Assembly (NCBI GenBank): GCA_029856145.1
Contig: JAHQWK010000001.1
Span: 128,001-192,000 of the forward strand
Length of the DNA stretch: 64,000 nt
Direction: 5' to 3'
DNA from: Promethearchaeia archaeon
GTDB taxonomy: Archaea; Asgardarchaeota; Lokiarchaeia; Sigyniarchaeales; SOKP01
Part shown: positions 38,402 to 49,068 of the stretch, piece after piece
Layout of the letters: each line of letters begins with the position of its first letter
Numbering within the stretch: the first letter of the stretch is position 1
Notes under the pieces: model-generated
Told to the model about the DNA's origin: nothing
Database searches by the model: none
What the model saw: the letters and a program-made list of their open reading frames with translations, nothing else
Translations under genes and position numbers: made by a program

Positions 38402-39652
38402 TCATTTACCAAACGCTTGTTTTATTAGATCTACCCTCTTTTTAGCCTTCTCTAAGTTTATTTGTGCTTTGTTTGGAGAATCATTTAAAATAAATGGATA
38501 TCTTGCTAACATTTTCATATCATTATCCTCCAACGGCTCTTTTTTATTTAATTTATCAATAATAATTGTAAGTTCTGTATAATTCTTAGAAGCCGCATCT
38601 TCATATAATTGATTTAGCATGAAGTCTGAAATTCGTGATTCTCGAATTCCATTAACAAAATCCCTAATATCTTTGATATCTTCTACTTTTTTAAATATTT
38701 GGGTCGGAATTTTTTCATTATTTTGATGAATCTCTGCCTCTAACTCAATATTTGAGTTTTTTTCTGAATTTTGAGTCATAGAATTAGGAATATATTCACC
38801 CGAAACAATCATATCAATCAAAACATCGGTGATTTCATTGCTCATTTCATTCAATTCTGAATTTAAGAAATGTTTGAATATTCCTACTTTCAACAATTGC
38901 AAAATGTCTTTAACTTCCCAATTTTCTGTATAATTTACGATATCATTAATATCGAAGACTATTTTCGGGTTTTTTTCTAAAAAATCTTTCAATACAGTTT
39001 CTCGCTCTATTCTATTCAATAATGGGACTTTAATAAAAAGATCAAAGGTAGAATATATTTTATTAGACACACTTTTAATGTCTTGAATCTCATAATTTAT
39101 CCAAACTAAAATTAAATTAGAGTCAATAAATTTATAATCAAAACTCTTGTTTTGCCAAGCATTTAGAAAAACTTCTAATAAACTTTTATTTTCAAATTTT
39201 TGTCTGAATACAGGTTGTTGATTAATCAATAATACTTTTTTTTCCTCAACTTTATCAGGATCTCTCGTATCCGTTTCAGTTTTCTCTTCTTTTTTTCCAT
39301 CTTTTCCAAAAGCTTCTAATATTGAAATAAAACTTTTTAAAAATTTATTAGGATTCTTAAGAAGTTCAATATCGTTAAATTCAATTAAATCTAAGTAGTA
39401 ATTTTTAGTAATTAGTTTGATATAATCTAGTATATCCGTTCCGAGATTAAGATTAATTAAAATGGCTCCTTTTGGCTCTATATAACCATTTAAAGTTGGA
39501 TCGTCATGATTAGTTAACATAGCCTTGAGAAAATTAATAATATCATTATATTTATCCCGATAGAAAATATCTTCTTTATTAATATTAATTTCTGAAGGTG
39601 AAATTACCTTAAAATACTTTGAAAATTCCGGAATGTCATTTAATTCTTTCAT
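38402..39652 (-). CDS. Degenerate AAA+ (CDC48/PAN-like) protein lacking Walker motifs
   Basis: PKGAILINLNLGT in place of PKG.LLYGPPGTGKT; FDLFIKVP..NRIER..VLK and TENWEVKDI match the AAA lid region. Confidence 0.6.
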   Translation of the reverse strand: MKELNDIPEFSKYFKVISPSEININKEDIFYRDKYNDIINFLKAMLTNHDDPTLNGYIEPKGAILINLNLGTDILDYIKLITKNYYLDLIEFNDIELLKNPNKFLKSFISILEAFGKDGKKEEKTETDTRDPDKVEEKKVLLINQQPVFRQKFENKSLLEVFLNAWQNKSFDYKFIDSNLILVWINYEIQDIKSVSNKIYSTFDLFIKVPLLNRIERETVLKDFLEKNPKIVFDINDIVNYTENWEVKDILQLLKVGIFKHFLNSELNEMSNEITDVLIDMIVSGEYIPNSMTQNSEKNSNIELEAEIHQNNEKIPTQIFKKVEDIKDIRDFVNGIRESRISDFMLNQLYEDAASKNYTELTIIIDKLNKKEPLEDNDMKMLARYPFILNDSPNKAQINLEKAKKRVDLIKQAFGK

Positions 39653-39886
39653 TTACAATTTTCCTTTAATTCTTCCTTAGTTTTATGAACATAAATTACA
39701 AGACATTTAACAAATATATATTTAGCGGTACTCATAGTTAGCGATAATTAGATCCCCGACAAAAACCGTAAAATTTATAAAATCGTATTTTGGAAGAAGA
39801 ACTTCAAAAATTAATTTGAAGACTAAAAATAACACGCACATTACTTTATTAAAGTAAATAATTAAAAAAAAAAGAGATAGAATTTA

Positions 39887-40135
39887 TTATTTTTGTTCCC
39901 AAGGCATACAGAAAAATCCCTTTTCTAACTCATATTTTGAGAACAATCCACAACCAAAACAACTACACCCTTTATTTTCTATTTGATCTCTGGGTTTAGT
40001 AGATGGTCCTCTTGAACAGAAAAGAGCATGCGGCTCAAATTCATTGAGTTGATTTGGTTTGAATGAGGGGCAAGGTCCGCAAAATTTTCTACATTCGTTC
40101 ATGGATTCCTCAGTATCTGGAACCGGTTTTGGCAT
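39887..40135 (-). CDS. DUF2769-like Cys-rich protein (likely start MPKP)
   Basis: C.FCGPCPSF, LFCSRG, GCSCFGC and FFC pattern. Confidence 0.75.
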   Translation of the reverse strand: MPKPVPDTEESMNECRKFCGPCPSFKPNQLNEFEPHALFCSRGPSTKPRDQIENKGCSCFGCGLFSKYELEKGFFCMPWEQK

Positions 40136-40260
40136 ATTTTTCACTTGTTTTTTTAGATTTTTAAATATTTTTTTCAAAATTTTGAATTACGATCAAAGTA
40201 AGAAAGTTTATTTTTAAATTTAATAATTATAAACTATTAATTTTAGAGAAAAGGATAAGA

Positions 40261-40656
40261 TTAAGCTAATTCTTGATTTAATAAATCTAGATAAGATGAA
40301 ATCTTTTCTTTAACTATGTCATAATGCGTAAACTTACCTTTTTTCCATCCTTTAATTAAACCAGCATTTTCAAGAATTTTTAGATGATGGGATATAGATG
40401 GTTGTGACTCATCTAAAGCCGCTTCTAATTCACATACACATCTATCTTTTTCTTTTAAAACATTTATAATAATCAAACGTTTCTTATTCGCTAAGGCATT
40501 TACAAAGTTATTTAAATTATCAAACCTAAAATTTTGAATTAATTGATCTCCAATCTCTCTTAATTTTTTAAAATGCTGATCTGGGTTTTCCACATCTTCA
40601 CATTTAATCAATTTAGCTTTAATTTCTTCCTCATGGTCAATATCCATTTTAAACAC
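40261..40656 (-). CDS. arsR: ArsR/SmtB metalloregulator
   Basis: CVCEL, SQPSISHHLKILENAGLI; divergent from acr3. Confidence 0.88.
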   Translation of the reverse strand: MFKMDIDHEEEIKAKLIKCEDVENPDQHFKKLREIGDQLIQNFRFDNLNNFVNALANKKRLIIINVLKEKDRCVCELEAALDESQPSISHHLKILENAGLIKGWKKGKFTHYDIVKEKISSYLDLLNQELA

Positions 40657-40813
40657 TTCTTTTAAGGCAAAATTTTAATTATTCAATATTTAAATAGGAT
40701 AAACAACTTTATAATTATTTATCCAAATCAATAAATTTTTATTTGAATAAAAATTTTGTTATTTAAGATTAATACTGCCCTTTATCAAAATAATTAAAAA
40801 AAACTGAAATATC

Positions 40814-41842
40814 ATGAGTGAAGAAGAAGGAGAAGGTAGAACAATTAGCTTTTTCGAGAAATTTCTCCCACTTTGGGTAGGTTTATGTATCCTCATAGGC
40901 ATTATTCTTTCTCAGGTTATTCCTGGTATTAGCCAAGCTATTAATTCTTTCAGTATCGGTCAGATTTCCATACCAATAGGCATTTGTCTCTTCCTAATGA
41001 TGTATCCAGCAATGTTGAATTTACAAGTTTCGGAATTGAAAAAATTAGGGAAAAATCCTAAACCAATAATTTTAACACTTGTATCTAATTGGTTAGTGGC
41101 TCCATTTATAGGTTTACTTATGGCCCGTATATTTTTACAAGGTTATGAACAATTAGTATTCGCTATTATTTTACTAAGTGCAAGTCCATGCACAGCAATG
41201 GTTTTAGTGTGGGGTTGGATGGCAAAAGGTAATCAGGAACAGAATGTAGTAAATACAAGTCTAAATACGATAACTATAATATTTGGTTATGCTCCTATGG
41301 TGGCATTATTAACAGGTATTCAAAATATTCCTGTTGATTGGCTATTATTATTGGTTTCGGTTTTTATCTTCATTGGACTTCCATTACTAATAGGAATAAT
41401 TAGCAAAAGACTTTTAATATCGTCTAAAGGCGTAGATTGGTTTAATAATATTTATCGACCAATAGTTGGAAAGATATCGATTATGGCACTATTAACAACC
41501 CTGGTTTTACTTTTCTCTATGAATGGAAATGTTCTAATTACTAATCCAGGCTATCTTTTATTAATTTCAATTCCACTCTTACTTGGATTCGTAATTGTAG
41601 TTGGATATAATATAATTATAACCAAACTATTCAAATTAAAGTATCGCGAGGCAATTATCACAGTAATCATAGGTTCATCAAGTCATTTTGAAATTGCTAT
41701 TGCTACAGCTATTGCTATGTATGGAATTGGTTCAATCGCAGCATTGGGCACTACAATGGGATTATTCTGGGAGGTTCCAGTGATGTTATTAATTGTATAT
41801 TTAGGTCGATTTTTAAGAAAGAGAGGTTTTTGGAAATCCTAA
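40814..41842 (+). CDS. acr3: ACR3-family arsenite efflux transporter
   Basis: MMYP, NWLVAP, SPCTAMVLVW, SSHFEIAIA. Confidence 0.92.
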   Translation: MSEEEGEGRTISFFEKFLPLWVGLCILIGIILSQVIPGISQAINSFSIGQISIPIGICLFLMMYPAMLNLQVSELKKLGKNPKPIILTLVSNWLVAPFIGLLMARIFLQGYEQLVFAIILLSASPCTAMVLVWGWMAKGNQEQNVVNTSLNTITIIFGYAPMVALLTGIQNIPVDWLLLLVSVFIFIGLPLLIGIISKRLLISSKGVDWFNNIYRPIVGKISIMALLTTLVLLFSMNGNVLITNPGYLLLISIPLLLGFVIVVGYNIIITKLFKLKYREAIITVIIGSSSHFEIAIATAIAMYGIGSIAALGTTMGLFWEVPVMLLIVYLGRFLRKRGFWKS

Positions 41843-41919
41843 TCTTTTTAATTTTGAAATAGATAATTAATTAAAGAATAGAAATCTTGAAAAAATAACA
41901 ACTATTTTACTGAATAGCT

Positions 41920-42099
41920 ATGATTGAAGAAGAAATGGATAAGCAAATTACCAAGATAATAAAAGAAGCTATTGGACAAATTTCTCATTCGAGGTGTAAT
42001 CACTCAGAATCACCCTATAGTAAGGATAGTCCAGATTGGGAGCCCAAGCGTATTCATTGTGGTACTGATAGATGTAAGGGACTTCATCAAAACAATTAA
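41920..42099 (+). CDS. 59-aa Cys/His-containing protein, absent from the ORF track
   Basis: MIEEEMDKQITKIIKEAIGQISHSRCNHSESPYSKDSPDWEPKRIHCGTDRCKGLHQNN*; fills the gap after acr3 and ends 8 nt before the next ORF. Confidence 0.6.
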   Translation: MIEEEMDKQITKIIKEAIGQISHSRCNHSESPYSKDSPDWEPKRIHCGTDRCKGLHQNN

Positions 42100-42107
42100 A
42101 ATATCTC

Positions 42108-42404
42108 TTGGATGTGATAAAGATTAGTGATGAAATAGATTCAGAAAAATTAAAAGTTGACATTTATGTCCCATTAGATGCGTGTGCGTGTGAATGGGAT
42201 AAATTTATGAATCGGGTATTTGTTGAACTAACACCTTTTATAAAACATATTGATTATGATACTAAGAATCTTAATTCAATAGAAGCTAAACAACTCAATC
42301 TACATAATAAATGTATAGTAGTAGATGGAAAGAAAATATTTTCTTCATCTTTTACACTCAAAAAGGAATTACCGAAACTTCTTAAAGCTAAAGGTCTTAT
42401 TTAG
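42108..42404 (+). CDS. Thioredoxin/ArsD-like small protein with CAC motif
   Basis: VDIYVPLDACAC...IVVDGK pattern; arsenic locus context. Confidence 0.6.
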   Translation: MDVIKISDEIDSEKLKVDIYVPLDACACEWDKFMNRVFVELTPFIKHIDYDTKNLNSIEAKQLNLHNKCIVVDGKKIFSSSFTLKKELPKLLKAKGLI

Positions 42405-42436
42405 TCTTTAGAATCTTTTTATAAAATTTAATTAAG

Positions 42437-42793
42437 GTGATTATAAAAATTAAGAAAATTAAGTTAACAATTTTTGCTCCAGATCCTGAAAAGAAGTTAT
42501 CAAATGGGCTTGATTACAATTTAAATATTGTTGAAAAAGGATCTATTATTGATGTCTTAAGCACTTTAGATAAACAAATTTATGATAATCCTGAAAAATC
42601 TATTTTCCCCATATATAAAGGCTTAATTCAAAGTTTTGTTCAGTTAATATGGGATGCTGAAGAGAATGTAATTTATGAGGATTGTGCGTTAAACGCTTAT
42701 GGACCACATAAAGAATTCATGCCTTTACATGATGATATAAATTTTAACTTATATCCTGATAGTGAAATAACGATAGTAGTCCATGCTGATTGA
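42437..42793 (+). CDS. Possible beta-grasp (ubiquitin/MoaD-like) protein without C-terminal GG
   Basis: GSIIDVL..LD...LYPDSEITI pattern; ends VHAD then TGA TGA. Confidence 0.55.
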   Translation: MIIKIKKIKLTIFAPDPEKKLSNGLDYNLNIVEKGSIIDVLSTLDKQIYDNPEKSIFPIYKGLIQSFVQLIWDAEENVIYEDCALNAYGPHKEFMPLHDDINFNLYPDSEITIVVHAD

Positions 42794-43030
42794 TGAGCTG
42801 ATGTTATGAAAGAACGACCAGATTATGGAAAATTCAAAAGAGTTATTATGAAAATCTATGGAAAAAGCGATGAAAGATTTGCCCATTATTTTAAAACTAA
42901 AAGAAATAATTAATAAATTGGATGAGACTTTTCAAAAAATGCTAGTGAAAAGTTAACAATAGGATTGCTTCCTATAAAAATTAAATATATTCGAATTGTA
43001 TAAATAGACTGCCTTATATTTAAACATTAT

Positions 43031-44032
43031 ATGGATATTTTCACACATATGTTTATGGGGTTATTAGCTGGTTTATTTACATTAACCCTTTTAAGTCCAG
43101 AAGCAATTATCCTTTTATGGCTTATGACCTTTTTACCCGATTTTGATGTATTCTTGGAGCCACTCCAAAAAATACGAAAGATGTATTTTTTTTCACATAA
43201 AGCGGGTTCACATTCATATGTAATAGGTTTGTTTTTTACTGGAATTGTGAGTTTTATTATCTCTTTATTTATGGACGTTTCATTCTTAGAAGTTTGGACT
43301 GCTGGTTTCATCGGTTATAGCATCCATGTATCATTAGATTTCTTTGCTGCCTCGAAAATCCCAATTATATATCCGATCTCTAAAAAAGAGTTTCGATTTT
43401 TTGCGGATAGAGCTGTCAATCCACTACTAGCTACTTTTTCTGGTATAAATATTTTAGTTTTAATTGTAAGTTTCTTCATAAAATCCACTTATCAAGTATT
43501 TATGAGTCTTGCTTTTTTTTACTTATATATTTACATAATATATTTTGGAATTAGGGCTTTTTTAAGAATACTTATCCAAGTGAGCTTACCTAACAATCAG
43601 AAATACATTCCAGGCTTTTTTCCATTTTTCTATTTAATATATGAGAAAATAGAATCAAATAATAGCATTATGTTTAAATTAAAAAAATGTAATATATTTT
43701 CCTCAGAAAAACAAGAACTAATAAATCAGAAAATAGAGAAGGGTTCAAATGAAATTATCTTTTATGAATTAGCTAAATCAATTAGCCAAGAATATAGGTT
43801 CTTCCATAAATGGAGCCTAATCATTCCTTTTATTCGTCAGCATGAAGATTCAATTAATGTTGTTTTGATTTTGACTGAGAGTTATGCTCAATCATTACAA
43901 CACAAATCATTTAAAAGGAATATTTCTTCTTATTATCTCTCAATTACCTTTGATAAATATTCAAAACAATTCATTTCGAAAATAGATGGGTTTGGTTCTT
44001 TTAAAAAGTGGGAAAAATTCAAATTAGTATAA
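43031..44032 (+). CDS. Membrane metal-dependent hydrolase (YdjM-like)
   Basis: MD.FTH, LPDFD, HKAGSHS, HVSLD. Confidence 0.85.
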   Translation: MDIFTHMFMGLLAGLFTLTLLSPEAIILLWLMTFLPDFDVFLEPLQKIRKMYFFSHKAGSHSYVIGLFFTGIVSFIISLFMDVSFLEVWTAGFIGYSIHVSLDFFAASKIPIIYPISKKEFRFFADRAVNPLLATFSGINILVLIVSFFIKSTYQVFMSLAFFYLYIYIIYFGIRAFLRILIQVSLPNNQKYIPGFFPFFYLIYEKIESNNSIMFKLKKCNIFSSEKQELINQKIEKGSNEIIFYELAKSISQEYRFFHKWSLIIPFIRQHEDSINVVLILTESYAQSLQHKSFKRNISSYYLSITFDKYSKQFISKIDGFGSFKKWEKFKLV

Positions 44033-44208
44033 AATAAGACATATTAAATAAGGTTTTCAGATGTTTATTAGGCCTAGATTAAAAGAAAATTAAAAAAATT
44101 AAGAACGTTTAAAGATATCAATTTGGTACCAAATATATCTTAGATAAAAATAAATGTAAGTACTATATATAGAAACATAATGATAAAATAAAATTATATT
44201 AAATAAAT

Positions 44209-45423
<1,215 letters not shown>

Positions 45424-45493
45424 CATAAATATTCTTATTTTAGAATTTGAGGAAAAATCTTATTACTTTTTCAACTTTTAAGAAAATCACCTT

Positions 45494-46090
45494 ATGTTGG
45501 ATAATAAAAATCTCTCTTTAATTAGAGATTTCGCCTTTCTTAATTCAGAAAAAGATGATATTCATGGCTTTTCACATGTTAAAAGGGTGTACGATTTATG
45601 TCTCAAATTAGGTAAAAAATTAAATGCAAACTTATCTGTTTTGCAAATTGCTGCTCTGCTTCATGATATTGGAAGAACTCATGAAAAAAATATTACTAAT
45701 AATATAAAAAATCATGCTGAATTATCTGCTGAAATTGCTTCTGAATTTTTACAATCTCAGGCTTTTTCACTTTCTCAAGAAGAACATGAACGTATAATTC
45801 ACTGTATTAGATCACACTCATTCTCAAATAATTCAAATCCTCAGACTCTTGAAGCAAAAATATTATCTGATGCTGATAAATTAGATGCTCTTGGGGCTAT
45901 AGGGTTATACCGAACCATAGGATTTACTATACAAAATCACGGAGGAATTGACCAAGTAATTAATCATTTGGAAAATAAAATAATGAAATTAAAAGATCTA
46001 TTATATCTAGACATCAGTAAAAGAATTGCAGAAGAACGGCAGCAAATTATACTTAATTTTTACAACCAGATTAAAAAACAAAAAATTTAG
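45494..46090 (+). CDS. HD-domain phosphohydrolase
   Basis: HGFSH, LLHDIG, HA..SA, LSDADKLDALGAIG. Confidence 0.9.
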   Translation: MLDNKNLSLIRDFAFLNSEKDDIHGFSHVKRVYDLCLKLGKKLNANLSVLQIAALLHDIGRTHEKNITNNIKNHAELSAEIASEFLQSQAFSLSQEEHERIIHCIRSHSFSNNSNPQTLEAKILSDADKLDALGAIGLYRTIGFTIQNHGGIDQVINHLENKIMKLKDLLYLDISKRIAEERQQIILNFYNQIKKQKI

Positions 46091-46092
46091 AA

Positions 46093-46539
46093 TTATAAAG
46101 TTGAGATAAGTCTATATTGTTCTTCGGAGACTTTTTCTTTAATAACCTCAAAAAGCTCTAAAAGCACATTGTCAGGAGCTGCTGCCATAATATATTTCAA
46201 AGGACCGAATCTTTTTATTTTTTTAATAAATTGAAATCCCTTACTTTCCAAATGTTCCACGAGAGCCTCTAAATCGTCTGTTTCAATCCCTAAATGATGA
46301 ATCGCTCCTCGCCCATGATCCATAGGTGGTTGATCATAGAAATTAATTTTTGATGATCCAATCTGAATCATCACATTTCGCGATCCTGCCATTTCCAAAT
46401 CGAACAGAATTTTTGCTCCAAACATTTCTTCGTAAAATTTAATGCTTTCATCAACATTCGAAGCAAACAGATGAGCATGATGTAGTGAATTTCTCATAAT
46501 TTCTTCACATTTAATTATAAATTCATTTTTATTACTCAA
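46093..46539 (-). CDS. VOC/glyoxalase/bleomycin-resistance family protein
   Basis: LHHAHL, FYEEMFG, IHHLG, PDNVLLEL. Confidence 0.88.
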   Translation of the reverse strand: MSNKNEFIIKCEEIMRNSLHHAHLFASNVDESIKFYEEMFGAKILFDLEMAGSRNVMIQIGSSKINFYDQPPMDHGRGAIHHLGIETDDLEALVEHLESKGFQFIKKIKRFGPLKYIMAAAPDNVLLELFEVIKEKVSEEQYRLISTL

Positions 46540-46550
46540 TAATTAATAAT

Positions 46551-49049
46551 TTAAATTAAATATGATCCCGTTTTTGATGCAATGTTATGCTTAATATCCT
46601 CTGGAGTACCTTTGGCGATTATTTCTCCACCTTTAGGACCACCTTCAGGACCTAATTCGATGATGTAATCTGCGTATGACAAGATTTCGGGATCATGTTC
46701 AATAATAATGACACTATTTCCTTCTTGTACTAATTGGGATAATAACTGCATTAATTTAACTACGTCATAAAACGATAATCCTACAGTGGGTTCATCTAGA
46801 ATATAGAGAGCATTACCTTTTCGAGCTTTTCCTAATTCTTTTGCCAGTTTAATTCGTTGTGCTTCTCCACCGCTTAACGTTGGAGCGGGTTGCCCAAGTG
46901 TAATATAGCTCATTCCAATCTCATCAAGAATTTTAAGTATCTTTGAAATGTTGGTTTGAGATCTGAATAATTCCAATGCTTCACTTACCGTCATGTCCAA
47001 CACCTCAGAAATTGTTTTACCTTTATATTTAATTTCTAAAATTTCTGGTTTATACCTTAAACCTTTACATTCTTTACAAAGGATTGTAAAACTACTAAGA
47101 AATGAAATTTGTAAATCTGTTTCACCAGTACCTTTACAAGAAGGACATCTCCCATTATCAGAATTATAAGAAAAATGTCCAGCTTTATAATTTCTCTTCT
47201 TTGCTTCTGGTGTTTTAGCAAATAAATTCCTAATTTTATCCCAGATTCCTATAAAAGAACATGGAGTAGAAGTTCTCACTCTCGAGATTGGTTTTTGATT
47301 TACCACAATTACTTCATCAATATTCTCCCATCCTTCAATAACACCAGAATATTCTAAAAGTTCATCACCATTTATTTCATTTTCACTATTGTTATCTGTT
47401 TTTTTTTGTGGCAAATCAACTCCTCGCTTGAAATATGGTGTTATCAAAGGAACTAAAGTATCTAATATGAGAGAACTTTTCCCTGATCCAGAAAGGCCAG
47501 CAATCCCAACCATCATTCCCAAAGGAATTTTCACAGTAATATTTTTTAGGTTATTTGTTTTTGCACTTCTAATTGTCAAAAATTTAGTATGTTTATCAAA
47601 ATTTTTACGTTCCTCAATAGATTTCTCTTGTAATTTAATATTTCCCCCTAAAAATTGCCCCGTATAAGAATTTTCTACTTTCTTTATTCCATCTAACATA
47701 CCTTGATATACTATTTCCCCTCCGTTAACTCCTGCTCCAGGACCAATATCAATTATCTCATCAGCAATATCTATGAAACGTTTATCATGTTCAACAATGA
47801 TGACAGTATTTCCTAATTCTTTCAATTGTTTTAATATATTAATTAGGGACTCTTTTTCTTGTTCATGTAAACTCATGCTGGGCTCATCTAATATATAAAT
47901 AAGAGAATCAAGACCAGCATCTAAATGAGTCATGAGAGACAACCGTTGAAGCTCACCACCACTCAGTGTAGGTAAGGAACGATTTAGATGCAAATATGAG
48001 AGACCAACATTGACCATGCGTTTTAAGCCTTCTAATAAACTATCTAACATTGATTTACCTTGTGGACTTTGTATATGTTGTTTACTTAGACCTCCCAAAA
48101 ATTTTACCAATTCATCAATAGTCATCATAGCTAACTTACCAATATGTTTATCTAAGATTTTAATCTCTCTAGCTTGTGTATTTATACGATAACCACCACA
48201 TTCTTCGCATTTTTTATTTGACATGAAATTTTTATGAATCTTTTGTCTTCTATAAGCACTTTTTGATTCTGAGAGAGCACGCTTTACATGTGGAATGATT
48301 CCTTCAAATTCTCTTTCTAAAATTCCAGTAAATGTTTTTGAATCCCACTCAAACGGTAATTTTTTACCACTACCATATAAGAAAACGTGCCTTACTTTTT
48401 CTGGCAAATTCTTATATGATGTTTTAATGTCAAAATCATAAAATCTTGGTAATTGCTCAACAAAACGGATTTGATCAGCAAAAACAGCCGAACCCGCTTT
48501 TGTTATTTGAATTAGGGTTCTGTTATTATCCTGAACGATTAAGGCCTCAGTAATATTCACAGTATAACCCCTTCCTTTACAAGCTAAGCACATGCCTGAG
48601 GGTTCATTAAACGAGAAATGTTTGATTTGCTTTCTGTCTACGACCATTCCACATAAATCGCAATCTAGATTATCATTAACAGGTTCCTTGCAGATAGGAC
48701 ATAGTAAAACACCTTCTGTAGCATAAAGCATTCTGAGTAAACCATAAATTCCTGTCTTAGTACCCACTGTTGAGCGTGGATTGAATACACGTGTGGTTCG
48801 TTGTTCCACTGCTACTGTGGGACTTAGACCTTCAATTAAATCAAAAGGTTTCTCATCTTCAAACTTTGGTGGAAAGCCGATAGATTGAAGATAACGATTC
48901 ATCCCCTCATCAAATATAATATCAAATGCAAGACTTGACTTTCCAGAACCAGATACCCCTGTAATTAGAATTATTTTCCCTTTATGAATATTTACATTAA
49001 TATTTTTTAAATTATGGATTCTTGCACCTATTATTTTTATCTGATTCAT
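46551..49049 (-). CDS. uvrA: UvrA-family ABC ATPase, short class II (UvrA2/DrrC-like)
   Basis: GAR.HNLKN, two GxSGSGKSS, two LSGGE/LDEP sets, Zn fingers; 832 aa with the UvrB-binding insertion apparently missing. Confidence 0.85.
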   Translation of the reverse strand: MNQIKIIGARIHNLKNINVNIHKGKIILITGVSGSGKSSLAFDIIFDEGMNRYLQSIGFPPKFEDEKPFDLIEGLSPTVAVEQRTTRVFNPRSTVGTKTGIYGLLRMLYATEGVLLCPICKEPVNDNLDCDLCGMVVDRKQIKHFSFNEPSGMCLACKGRGYTVNITEALIVQDNNRTLIQITKAGSAVFADQIRFVEQLPRFYDFDIKTSYKNLPEKVRHVFLYGSGKKLPFEWDSKTFTGILEREFEGIIPHVKRALSESKSAYRRQKIHKNFMSNKKCEECGGYRINTQAREIKILDKHIGKLAMMTIDELVKFLGGLSKQHIQSPQGKSMLDSLLEGLKRMVNVGLSYLHLNRSLPTLSGGELQRLSLMTHLDAGLDSLIYILDEPSMSLHEQEKESLINILKQLKELGNTVIIVEHDKRFIDIADEIIDIGPGAGVNGGEIVYQGMLDGIKKVENSYTGQFLGGNIKLQEKSIEERKNFDKHTKFLTIRSAKTNNLKNITVKIPLGMMVGIAGLSGSGKSSLILDTLVPLITPYFKRGVDLPQKKTDNNSENEINGDELLEYSGVIEGWENIDEVIVVNQKPISRVRTSTPCSFIGIWDKIRNLFAKTPEAKKRNYKAGHFSYNSDNGRCPSCKGTGETDLQISFLSSFTILCKECKGLRYKPEILEIKYKGKTISEVLDMTVSEALELFRSQTNISKILKILDEIGMSYITLGQPAPTLSGGEAQRIKLAKELGKARKGNALYILDEPTVGLSFYDVVKLMQLLSQLVQEGNSVIIIEHDPEILSYADYIIELGPEGGPKGGEIIAKGTPEDIKHNIASKTGSYLI

Positions 49050-49068
49050 TTTTTTACCTCTTATTACT

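Noticed and set aside
33728-39652. Canonical Wadjet (JetABCD) call
   Set aside because: No JetD/Toprim nuclease is present, and gene order and kleisin size differ from jetABCD.
41969-42163. 64-aa minus-strand ORF
   Set aside because: It is antisense to the plus-strand 59-aa ORF and the CAC protein, which fit the operon direction.
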